Notes under the pieces: generated by a model
Databases searched by the model: none
What the model saw: only the letters and a program-made list of their open reading frames with translations
What the model was told of the DNA's origin: nothing
In this document: positions 48,857 through 57,578 of the stretch, one piece after another
Numbering within the stretch: the first letter of the stretch is position 1
Layout: every line of letters begins with the position of its first letter
Program-made: the position numbers and the translations under genes
DNA from: Flavobacteriaceae bacterium
Lineage (GTDB): Bacteria; Bacteroidota; Bacteroidia; Flavobacteriales; Flavobacteriaceae
Assembly (NCBI GenBank): GCA_026988395.1
Contig: JALSLI010000013.1
Coordinates: forward strand, 9,008 to 73,007
Reading direction: 5' to 3'
Length of the DNA: 64,000 nt

Positions 48857-49564
48857 ATGATAGATGACAAAAAAATCAAAGAAAAATTAAAACAAAAAAC
48901 CTGGAACGAAATAAAAACAAACGACTCTTGGGCTATTTTTAAAATTATGTCCGAGTTTGTAGAAGGCTACGAAAAATTAAGTCGCGTTGGTCCTTGTGTA
49001 AGTATTTTTGGTTCCGCAAGAATGAAACCGGACAACAAATATTACAAAATGGCTGAAGAAGTTGGCTATTTATTAGCTAAAAATGGCTACGGAGTAATTA
49101 CCGGTGGCGGTCCGGGAATTATGGAAGCAGGAAACAAAGGTGCACACAGAGCAAATGGCGTTTCTGTAGGATTAAATATCGAATTACCTTTTGAACAGCA
49201 TGATAATCCGTATATCGATCGCGATAAAAGTTTGGATTTCGACTATTTTTTTGTTAGAAAAGTAATGTTTGTTAAATACTCTCAAGGGTTTGTGGTAATG
49301 CCGGGAGGTTTTGGTACATTAGATGAATTATTTGAAGCAATCACCTTAATTCAAACTAAAAAAATAGGAAAATTTCCAATCATTTTGATGGGAAGCGAAT
49401 TCTGGAATCCAATGTTTGATTGGATAAAATCTACCTTATTAGACAAATTTTACACTATTAGCGAAAAAGATTTAGATTTAGTACAAGTTTATGACGAACC
49501 ACAAGAAGTAATTGATTACCTAAATAAATTTTATGGTAAATATCATTTAAGTCCTAATTTTTAG
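48857..49564 (+). CDS. LOG-family (TIGR00730-type) nucleotide phosphoribohydrolase
   Basis: GGGPGIMEA and PGGFGTLDELFE motifs. The start is either ATG 48857 or TTG 48851. Confidence 0.85.
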   Translation: MIDDKKIKEKLKQKTWNEIKTNDSWAIFKIMSEFVEGYEKLSRVGPCVSIFGSARMKPDNKYYKMAEEVGYLLAKNGYGVITGGGPGIMEAGNKGAHRANGVSVGLNIELPFEQHDNPYIDRDKSLDFDYFFVRKVMFVKYSQGFVVMPGGFGTLDELFEAITLIQTKKIGKFPIILMGSEFWNPMFDWIKSTLLDKFYTISEKDLDLVQVYDEPQEVIDYLNKFYGKYHLSPNF

Positions 49565-49573
49565 ACTAAAAAA

Positions 49574-49604
49574 AGAGCATTTTCAATAAAATGCTCTTTT
49601 TTTT
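49574..49604. terminator. hairpin terminator between convergent genes
   Basis: agagcatttt-caat-aaaatgctct followed by a T8 run. Confidence 0.75.
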
Positions 49605-49620
49605 ATATTGCATTATACAA

Positions 49621-50091
49621 TTACCCAATTATCTTATTAACCGATTCAAATAATTTTCCGTCTGATATATAAGAACCTTTTAAAAGCATATCAAAAAGTT
49701 CGGCATTACGTTCTTTGGTATAAGGTTTTTCTCCCTTAAGATAAGTAAAACTTTTATCTGTTGAATTATCAATAAACCACTGATAATCCGCTTTTTTTCT
49801 AAAATCAAAATCCGGTTTATCACTTTTAATTACAATCCGATTTATCGTTTCGGGATTTGCTCTAAATAAATCCAATTGTTTCGACTCGATATGATCAATA
49901 TATTTCACATTATTTAATACTTTTTCCCAAACTAAATCACTAAATAAATCCAGTTGTTCTTGTACCAATTCGGGATTTGTATTTTTAATTTCTTGCCATT
50001 TATCTGCATCAATTTTTTGTGTTGCCAAAAATTTAGCAAACTCTTGATGCATTTCATTTAGTTGATCGGAAGTTAATCTTCTGTATTTCAT
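49621..50091 (-). CDS. hypothetical protein
   Basis: 156 aa, soluble, with no recognised motif. Confidence 0.45.
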   Translation of the reverse strand: MKYRRLTSDQLNEMHQEFAKFLATQKIDADKWQEIKNTNPELVQEQLDLFSDLVWEKVLNNVKYIDHIESKQLDLFRANPETINRIVIKSDKPDFDFRKKADYQWFIDNSTDKSFTYLKGEKPYTKERNAELFDMLLKGSYISDGKLFESVNKIIG

Positions 50092-50092
50092 T

Positions 50093-51289
50093 TTAAAACA
50101 ATTTTTTATATTCCTTTAAAGCCTTATCTATAATTGCAACAGCTCTTTTTAAATCTTCTTTTTTAAGAACATACGCAATTCGAATTTGATTTTTTCCGGC
50201 ACCGTCAGTTGAGTAAAATCCACTTGCCGGAGCAACCATAACCGTTTCATTATCTACTGAAAACCCTTCTAAAAGCCATTGTGCAAAATGATCAGCATCA
50301 TTTATTGGCAACTCGGCAATTAAATAAAAAGCTCCCTTTGGAATGGATACTTTTAAATCTTTAATTTTATTTAATTCTGATATCAAAATATTTCTTCTAT
50401 CTTGATATTCAGATATCACTTCATCAAAATATTCTTGTGGTGTATCTAATGCTGCTTCACTAGCGATTAATGCTAATGTTGGCGGACTTAACCTCGCTTG
50501 TGCGAATTTAATTACCGTTTGGATAAACGATTTATTTTTAGAAACCACACAACCAATTCTGGCACCACACATACTGTATCTTTTAGACACCGAATCGATT
50601 AAAATAGCGTGTTGTTCCAATCCGTCTAAATCCATTACCGAATGATGATCTAATCCATCATAAACAAACTCACGATAAACTTCATCTGCAATTAAGAAAA
50701 TATCGTGTTTTAATACCAATTCTTTTAATTTTTCAATTTCTTGTTTGGTATATAAATAACCTGTCGGATTTCCCGGATTACAAATTAAAATAGCCTTTGT
50801 TTTAGGAGTGATTAATTTTTCAAACTCGGCAATATCAGGCAAAGCAAAACTATTTTCAATGGAGGATTCTACCGGTTTTACCACAACACCATTCGCCTTT
50901 GAAAATCCGTTATAATTAGCATAAAATGGTTCCGGAATAATAATTTCATCTCCTGCATCTGTTATACTTCCAATAGTAAATAAAAGAGCTTCCGAACCTC
51001 CAGTTGTTACAACAATATCGTTTGCATTTACATGAATGTTATTTTTTTTGTAATAATCTGCTAATTTATCACGATAAGTTTCTGAACCTTCTGATCTTGC
51101 GTATGATAAAACTTCAATATCGGCATTCTTTACAGCATCAATAGCATTTTTTGGTGTTTTGATGTCCGGTTGTCCGATGTTTAGATGAATTACTTTCTTC
51201 CCTTTTTTCTTTGCTTCTTCTGCAAAAGGAACTAGTTTCCTAATCGGTGATTGAGGCATTTGCAAGCCTTTAGTTGATATATTGGGCAT
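50093..51289 (-). CDS. PLP-dependent (aspartate-type, class I) aminotransferase
   Basis: I prefer the ATG at 51289 (MPNISTKG). It has the PLP Lys motif SVSKRYSMCGARIG. Confidence 0.85.
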   Translation of the reverse strand: MPNISTKGLQMPQSPIRKLVPFAEEAKKKGKKVIHLNIGQPDIKTPKNAIDAVKNADIEVLSYARSEGSETYRDKLADYYKKNNIHVNANDIVVTTGGSEALLFTIGSITDAGDEIIIPEPFYANYNGFSKANGVVVKPVESSIENSFALPDIAEFEKLITPKTKAILICNPGNPTGYLYTKQEIEKLKELVLKHDIFLIADEVYREFVYDGLDHHSVMDLDGLEQHAILIDSVSKRYSMCGARIGCVVSKNKSFIQTVIKFAQARLSPPTLALIASEAALDTPQEYFDEVISEYQDRRNILISELNKIKDLKVSIPKGAFYLIAELPINDADHFAQWLLEGFSVDNETVMVAPASGFYSTDGAGKNQIRIAYVLKKEDLKRAVAIIDKALKEYKKLF

Positions 51290-51401
51290 AATTTTCTCTG
51301 TTGATTTAATGGTGCAAAAATGCAAATAATACCTAACATTAACAATTAATTTAGTGTTATATTCTTTACTTTTTTGTATTTTGCTATTAAATTAATATTT
51401 T

Positions 51402-52709
51402 ATGAATTTTAAAGTTATTTTTAAAAAATTCACGCTTTTGATTTGTGTTCTATTACTTAGTTTTACACCAAAAGCACAAAATAGTTTTAATATTATAGGT
51501 AAAAATGAGGTAACTTCAGTTCCATTTCAATTTAAAAATAATTTAATTTTAATTCCTATTTCAATTAACAATCAAGAGTTTACTTTTATCTTAGACACCG
51601 GCGTATCTAAAACCTTACTTTTTAACATCAAAGCAAATGATTCCGTAAAGCTAAACAATCGTAAAAAAGTACGTATCAAAGGACTTGGAGCAAACGAATA
51701 TTATCGAGCAATAAAATCGACTTATAATTTTATCAAGATAAAAAACGTCATTCATCCTAAAGCTGAAATTTATTTAATAACTGAGGCAAATTTTGATTTT
51801 TCTTCAAGAATTGGCATTGATGTACACGGAATTATAGGTGCCGATTTGCTCAAAAATTTTATTGTTGAAATAGATTATATTAAAAAGAAAATTAAATTTT
51901 ATAAATCGAAAAAAATTAAATTAAGACGAAAAAAGAAATGGAAAATAATACCAATAAAAATCATTAATGAAAAACCATACATAGCTTTAAAAATTAATAA
52001 TACAATTCAAAATTTATTAATAGATTCCGGTTCCGGAGATGCTCTTTGGCTGTTTGAAAATGAAAATAATAAAATACCAAAAAAACATTTCGAAGATTAC
52101 TTAGGTAATGGTTTAAGCGGTGAAATACATGGAAAAAAAGCAAAAATAAAAGATTTTTTTCTTGGTAATTTTCATCTAAAAAATGTGTTAGTTGCCTATC
52201 CGGATTCTACATATATTCAATATAAAAAAGATGGTTTTACTAGAAATGGTATCATTGGCGGTAATATTTTAAAGCGGTTTAAAGTCATCTTAGATTATCC
52301 AAATAAACGGCTCTTTTTAAAGAAAAATTCTAAATTTAATGAGCCTTTTTGGTATAATAAAACAGGTTTAGACATTTCTTATAACGGAAAAATATTGGTA
52401 AAAGAACAAAAAATAAATTTACTGAATTCCGATTCAAACGGAAATAAAACCATCGATTTTTTAAGTATCATTCAATTTGCTTTTAAAGATTCGTATATTA
52501 TTTCAGGAGTTAAAAAAGGGTCTTCCGGAGAAAAAGCAGGATTACAAAAAGGAGATGTTTTAATTGAAATTAATGGTCGTCAAAGCTTTAATTATAAACT
52601 AGAAGACATCATCCAAAAATTATCCGGAAAAAAGAAAAAAGTACACCTAACAATTGAACGTAATAGTATAAAATATAAGTTTGAAGTACCATTAATTGAC
52701 TATTTATAA
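51402..52709 (+). CDS. secreted protein with two retropepsin-like aspartyl protease lobes plus a C-terminal PDZ domain
   Basis: 435 aa with a signal peptide, LDTGVS and IDSGSGD motifs, and a PDZ-like region (GLQKGDVLIEING). Confidence 0.6.
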   Translation: MNFKVIFKKFTLLICVLLLSFTPKAQNSFNIIGKNEVTSVPFQFKNNLILIPISINNQEFTFILDTGVSKTLLFNIKANDSVKLNNRKKVRIKGLGANEYYRAIKSTYNFIKIKNVIHPKAEIYLITEANFDFSSRIGIDVHGIIGADLLKNFIVEIDYIKKKIKFYKSKKIKLRRKKKWKIIPIKIINEKPYIALKINNTIQNLLIDSGSGDALWLFENENNKIPKKHFEDYLGNGLSGEIHGKKAKIKDFFLGNFHLKNVLVAYPDSTYIQYKKDGFTRNGIIGGNILKRFKVILDYPNKRLFLKKNSKFNEPFWYNKTGLDISYNGKILVKEQKINLLNSDSNGNKTIDFLSIIQFAFKDSYIISGVKKGSSGEKAGLQKGDVLIEINGRQSFNYKLEDIIQKLSGKKKKVHLTIERNSIKYKFEVPLIDYL

Positions 52710-52788
52710 AAAATTATCAATAAAAAGGCATTATTTATTAGTAAAAATTTGCTGCTTTTGGTACTTTTGCAATAAATAAAAAATACAA

Positions 52789-53634
52789 ATGGCTACTACA
52801 AAAGAGTTACAAGATTTTGCAACACAGGTGCGAAGAGATATCGTTAGAATGGTTCATGCCGTACAATCCGGTCATCCCGGAGGTTCTTTAGGTACAACCG
52901 AATTTATGACCGTTCTATATAATGAAATCATGGATTATTCAAAAGATTTTAAAATGGAAGATCCCGGAGAAGACCTGTTTTTCCTTTCAAACGGCCATAT
53001 TTCTCCTGTTTGGTATAGCGTACTGGCAAGGACCGGATTTTTTCCTGTAAAAGAATTAGCCACTTTTAGAAAACTAAACTCTAGATTGCAAGGGCATCCT
53101 ACTACGCATGACGGTTTACCCGGAATTAGGATGTCAGCAGGCTCCTTAGGACAAGGATTATCCGTTGCCATTGGTGCTTGCGAAGCTAAAAAATTAAACA
53201 AAGACAACCATTTGGTTTACACACTTCATGGTGATGGTGAATTACAAGAAGGTCAGATTTGGGAAGCTGTAATGTATGCTGCAGGTAATAAAATAGACAA
53301 TTTAATTTCTACAATAGATTACAACCAAGCTCAAATCGACGGTATGTTAGACGAGGTACTTCCTATGGGAGATTTACATGCTAAATTCGCTGCTTTTGGT
53401 TGGAAAGTATTAGAAATTAAAAAAGGTAATGATATTGATGCTGTTCGCGAGGGTTTGCTTAAAGCGAAAAAAGAAACCGGTAAAGGAAAACCTGTCTGTA
53501 TCATTATGCATACCGTTATGGGACACGGCGTAGATTTTATGATGGATAAAAACAAATGGCACGGAAAACCGCCAAGTGACGAACAACTCCAAAAAGCCCT
53601 AGAACAAAATCCGGAAACATTAGGTGATTATTAA
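52789..53634 (+). CDS. transketolase, N-terminal (TPP-binding) subunit
   Basis: 281 aa with GHPGGSLG and GDGELQEGQIWEA. Confidence 0.9.
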   Translation: MATTKELQDFATQVRRDIVRMVHAVQSGHPGGSLGTTEFMTVLYNEIMDYSKDFKMEDPGEDLFFLSNGHISPVWYSVLARTGFFPVKELATFRKLNSRLQGHPTTHDGLPGIRMSAGSLGQGLSVAIGACEAKKLNKDNHLVYTLHGDGELQEGQIWEAVMYAAGNKIDNLISTIDYNQAQIDGMLDEVLPMGDLHAKFAAFGWKVLEIKKGNDIDAVREGLLKAKKETGKGKPVCIIMHTVMGHGVDFMMDKNKWHGKPPSDEQLQKALEQNPETLGDY

Positions 53635-53662
53635 AAATCTGTATTTCCTTTAAAAACAAAAA

Positions 53663-53697
53663 ACCTCTGATTTAAAATCGGAGGTTTTACTTTTTTA
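53663..53697 (+). terminator. intrinsic terminator
   Basis: cctctgatt-taaa-aatcggagg (one G-U pair) followed by a T-rich tract. Confidence 0.6.
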
Positions 53698-53786
53698 CTT
53701 CGGTAATAATAAAAAAAGAACATAACAAAACCACTTTCAATCGCCAAAACGAAGTAGTCTGTATAAATTGAATTTAATTTAATTCT

Positions 53787-53927
53787 CTATTCTTCTTTCT
53801 TTTTTCCGCTTCGCATAAAAAGAATTAACATTACTGCCAATCCTCCAAAAACAGCAAACAAGAAAAAACCACCAATTATTCCCCAAGTCCAATCGATTAA
53901 AGGTAACATATTTTTTATCATCATCAT
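53787..53927 (-). CDS. possible 46-aa single-TM small protein (below the ORF-track cutoff)
   Basis: My translation is MMMIKNMLPLIDWTWGIIGGFFLFAVFGGLAVMLILFMRSGKKKEE. It has one clear TM helix and a basic tail. Confidence 0.3.
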   Translation of the reverse strand: MMMIKNMLPLIDWTWGIIGGFFLFAVFGGLAVMLILFMRSGKKKEE

Positions 53928-54077
53928 TTCTTTTAATTTTTTACAAATATAACCACTTTTTAAGTTAAATTAAGTGACAAAAATCACTTTCATAAAAAAT
54001 ATTACATATATATACTACTTAATCCATTGTTAAACTGTATTTTTGCACCTTTTAAAAATCGGATTATAAAATACAAT

Positions 54078-55850
54078 ATGCAATCTATTAGAAACATCGC
54101 TATTATAGCACACGTCGATCACGGAAAAACCACCTTAGTCGATAAAATTATTGACCAAGCAAAAATCTTAGACGAACGTAAAGTACGTACAGACTTATTA
54201 TTAGACTCTAATGACTTAGAACGAGAAAGGGGAATTACCATTCTTTCTAAAAACGTTTCCATAACTTATAAAGGCGTAAAAATTAACGTTATCGATACTC
54301 CCGGTCACGCCGATTTTGGTGGTGAAGTAGAACGTGTACTAAAAATGGCTGATGGTGTTCTTCTTTTAGTAGATGCCTTTGAAGGTCCAATGCCTCAAAC
54401 TAGATTTGTACTTGGTAAAGCATTAGAATTAGGTTTAAAACCAATCGTAGTTGTTAATAAAGTTGATAAAGACAATTGTACTCCTGATTTGGTACACGAA
54501 AAGGTATTTGACTTAATGTTTGCCTTAGATGCAACTGAAGATCAACTGGATTTTCCTACCATTTACGGTTCCGCCAAAAATGGTTGGATGAATTACGACT
54601 GGAAAGACGAAACCGATAATATTATTCCTTTATTAGATTCTATTATTGAACATATTCCGGAAGCTCCTTATCGTGAAGGATCTCCACAAATGCAAATTAC
54701 CTCATTAGACTTTTCTTCGTTTACCGGAAGAATTGCTATCGGTAGAGTATTTAGAGGCGATTTAGAAGAAAATAAAGATTACATGCTTTGTAAAGCAGAT
54801 GGTTCTACAAAAAAAGTGCGTATCAAAGAATTACACGTTTTTGAAGGAATGGGCAAAATGAAAGTTTCTAAAGTACGAAGTGGTGATATTTGTGCCATTA
54901 CCGGAATTGAAGGCTTTGAAATTGGTGATACTATTGCTGATTTGGAAAAACCGGAAGCCTTACCTAGAATTTCAATCGACCAACCTACAATGAGTATGTT
55001 GTTTACCATTAACAACTCTCCTTTCTTTGGTAAAGAAGGAAAATATGTAACTTCCAGACATTTACGTGATCGTCTAGAAAAAGAATTGGAAAAAAACTTG
55101 GCAATGAAAGTGGAATATACCGATTCGGAAGACAAATTTATTGTCTATGGCCGTGGTGTTTTACACTTATCGGTTTTAATCGAAACCATGCGTAGAGAAG
55201 GTTACGAACTACAAGTAGGGAAACCACAAGTAATTGTAAAAGAAATTGATGGTGTAAAATGTGAACCAATGGAAACCTTATCTATTGATGTTCCGGAAGA
55301 ACATGCCAGTAAAGCTATTAACTTAGTTTCTTTAAGAAAAGGAGATTTATTAGTTATGGAACCAAAAGGAGATTTACAACACTTAGAATTTACAATTCCT
55401 TCAAGAGGATTAATTGGTTTACGAAACAGAATCTTAACAGCAACACAAGGTACAGCAATTATAAATCACCGTTTTAGTGAATATGCTCCTATAAAAGGAG
55501 AGTTTGTTGAAGAGGCAAAAGGTGCAATAGTTTCTTCTGAAACAGGAAAAGCAACCGCTTATGCTATTGATAAATTACAAGATAGAGGTCGATTCTTTAT
55601 TGAACCTAACCAAGAAATATACAAAGGACAAGTAGTTGGTGAAAATAATAAAAACGATGATTTAACGGTTAATTTAATTAAAGGAAAACAACTTACTAAT
55701 GTTCGTTCTTCCGGTAACGACAACGCCGCTAAAATTGCACCTAAAGTAGAAATGTCTTTAGAAGAATGTATGGAATACATTAAAGATGATGAATATTTAG
55801 AAGTAACACCATTAAGTTTGCGTATGCGTAAAATAAAAATGGGAAAATAA
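54078..55850 (+). CDS. typA: translational GTPase TypA/BipA
   Basis: I prefer the ATG at 54078 (MQSIRNIAIIAHVDHGKTTL). Confidence 0.95.
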   Translation: MQSIRNIAIIAHVDHGKTTLVDKIIDQAKILDERKVRTDLLLDSNDLERERGITILSKNVSITYKGVKINVIDTPGHADFGGEVERVLKMADGVLLLVDAFEGPMPQTRFVLGKALELGLKPIVVVNKVDKDNCTPDLVHEKVFDLMFALDATEDQLDFPTIYGSAKNGWMNYDWKDETDNIIPLLDSIIEHIPEAPYREGSPQMQITSLDFSSFTGRIAIGRVFRGDLEENKDYMLCKADGSTKKVRIKELHVFEGMGKMKVSKVRSGDICAITGIEGFEIGDTIADLEKPEALPRISIDQPTMSMLFTINNSPFFGKEGKYVTSRHLRDRLEKELEKNLAMKVEYTDSEDKFIVYGRGVLHLSVLIETMRREGYELQVGKPQVIVKEIDGVKCEPMETLSIDVPEEHASKAINLVSLRKGDLLVMEPKGDLQHLEFTIPSRGLIGLRNRILTATQGTAIINHRFSEYAPIKGEFVEEAKGAIVSSETGKATAYAIDKLQDRGRFFIEPNQEIYKGQVVGENNKNDDLTVNLIKGKQLTNVRSSGNDNAAKIAPKVEMSLEECMEYIKDDEYLEVTPLSLRMRKIKMGK

Positions 55851-55864
55851 ACATTATCATTTAT

Positions 55865-56039
55865 CCCGAATTATTCATAGGTTTTCGTTATGAAAAGTCA
55901 AAATACCAATAAAATTGGGAAGCGCAGGAATTTTTTAGTGAAATAATTGTAGCCCAATTCTGAGCTAAATAAATTTTGAGCATTTTCAATTATAGCAGGT
56001 AGTTTGGCTTTGTAATAGAAAATGTATGAATAATTCGGG
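55865..56039 (+). repeat. extended-hairpin intergenic element, copy B (candidate structured RNA or MITE-like)
   Basis: Perfect 15-bp terminal inverted repeat CCCGAATTATTCATA / TATGAATAATTCGGG. Internal boxes are shared with copy A. TTAT lies on both flanks. Confidence 0.5.
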
Positions 56040-56054
56040 TTATAATAAATTTAC

Positions 56055-56085
56055 AAAGACTGTCCAAAAAGACAGTCTTTTTTTT
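56055..56085 (+). terminator. intrinsic terminator
   Basis: aagactgtc-caaaaa-gacagtctt followed by a T8 run. Confidence 0.75.
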
Positions 56086-56209
56086 CATATATAAAAAACT
56101 TAAGAGCGAATACAAAAGATAATAGTCATTTAATCTAAAATAAACCTAAGTTAGCAGTAGAATTATTATTCTAAAAAACAAATTAACTAACCAAATTTTA
56201 TTTTACAAA

Positions 56210-57043
56210 ATGAAAAATTTATTAAAAATTACGTTGCTTATAACAGCAATAATCTTATTTAACTCGTGTAAAAAAGAAGAAACACTAACTGAAGAAACTA
56301 ATCAAAACAAATTTCCGGAAATCAAAGCCAAATTAGACAAAATGTATTTTAATACAACTAATTTAGAGAAAATTGATTTTGAATTACCTGATGGAACAAC
56401 ACAAGAAATGTTCTTGGTAGAAGACGATATTATGTTTTCCAGAGAGCAAATTCAAAATATGACACAACCGGAAAATTATGATAATTTAGAAAACAACAGA
56501 CAATATAGAACATGGAATTTAGTAAATCCCGGAACAATTAATATTATTGGTTATACCGGTGGAAGCTATGGGTTATCTTCAAAAGAACGTACTGCATTAC
56601 AATGGGCAATTAACAACTATAACAGATTAAATCTAAGCATCCGTTTTAACCTTACTTTCGGAACAAACTACAGCTCTAAAGATATGGTAGTATATCACAA
56701 TCCTAATGGTTCGGGTTCAGGTGGTTCTGCCGGTTTCCCAAGTAATGGAAAACCTAACAAATACGTACAAATTTACGGTTTAAACTCTTATGATACTAAC
56801 GTTGTAGAACATGTATTAACACATGAAATTGGACACTCTGTAGGTTTTAGACATACCGACTGGTTTAGCAGACAAAGTTGCGGACAAAATGCAAATGAAG
56901 GAACAGGCTCTGATGGAGCAGTGCACATACCGGGAACTCCAACAGGATTTGATGCCACTTCTATTATGGTTGCTTGCTTTGGACCTAACGAAGATGGTGA
57001 GTTTAATGCAAATGACATCACCGCTTTAAATTATTTATATTAG
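56210..57043 (+). CDS. M57-type (HEIGH) zinc metallopeptidase lipoprotein
   Basis: 277 aa with lipobox LFNSCKKEE and the motif HVLTHEIGHSVGFRHTD. Confidence 0.75.
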   Translation: MKNLLKITLLITAIILFNSCKKEETLTEETNQNKFPEIKAKLDKMYFNTTNLEKIDFELPDGTTQEMFLVEDDIMFSREQIQNMTQPENYDNLENNRQYRTWNLVNPGTINIIGYTGGSYGLSSKERTALQWAINNYNRLNLSIRFNLTFGTNYSSKDMVVYHNPNGSGSGGSAGFPSNGKPNKYVQIYGLNSYDTNVVEHVLTHEIGHSVGFRHTDWFSRQSCGQNANEGTGSDGAVHIPGTPTGFDATSIMVACFGPNEDGEFNANDITALNYLY

Positions 57044-57076
57044 ACTTTTTTATAGTATTTAATAAGATTGATTGTA

Positions 57077-57106
57077 AAAGGCACCTTATTTAGGTGTCTT
57101 TTTTTA
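57077..57106 (+). terminator. intrinsic terminator
   Basis: aaaggcacct-tattt-aggtgtcttt followed by a T-run. Confidence 0.6.
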
Positions 57107-57143
57107 TATTTGTAAAGAAATAATCATACAAAATTAAACCATT

Positions 57144-57518
57144 ATGAAAATAGAAGTTTCAAACGGAGAAATTGCCGATAAATTAACCATTATCGAAATA
57201 AAATTAAAACAGATTAAAGACGAGGCAAAACTAAAAAATCTAAAAAACGAATACCAAGTTTTAGATGAAGCTGTATCTAAAATCATTAAAAAAGAACATC
57301 CTTTATATCAAGAATTATTAAAAATAAACCAAGAACTTTGGGATATTGAAGATAAAATACGTGATTTAGAACGTGATAAAGATTTTGGGGAAGAATTTGT
57401 AAAAACAGCAAGGGCAGTCTATTTTACAAATGATAAACGCTCGGAAATTAAACGAAAAATAAACGAACTTACAGGCTCTAATTTAATTGAGGAAAAATCG
57501 TATCAAAAATATGATTAG
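57144..57518 (+). CDS. hypothetical coiled-coil protein
   Basis: 124 aa, K/E-rich and helical. Confidence 0.45.
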   Translation: MKIEVSNGEIADKLTIIEIKLKQIKDEAKLKNLKNEYQVLDEAVSKIIKKEHPLYQELLKINQELWDIEDKIRDLERDKDFGEEFVKTARAVYFTNDKRSEIKRKINELTGSNLIEEKSYQKYD

Positions 57519-57535
57519 AGATTGTCCTAAAAAGC

Positions 57536-57571
57536 AAAAAACCTGCAAAATAAAATTTTGCAGGTTTTTTT
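57536..57571. terminator. bidirectional hairpin terminator
   Basis: aacctgcaaaat-aaa-attttgcaggtt flanked by an A-run and a T-run, between convergent genes. Confidence 0.75.
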
Positions 57572-57578
57572 AATTTTA

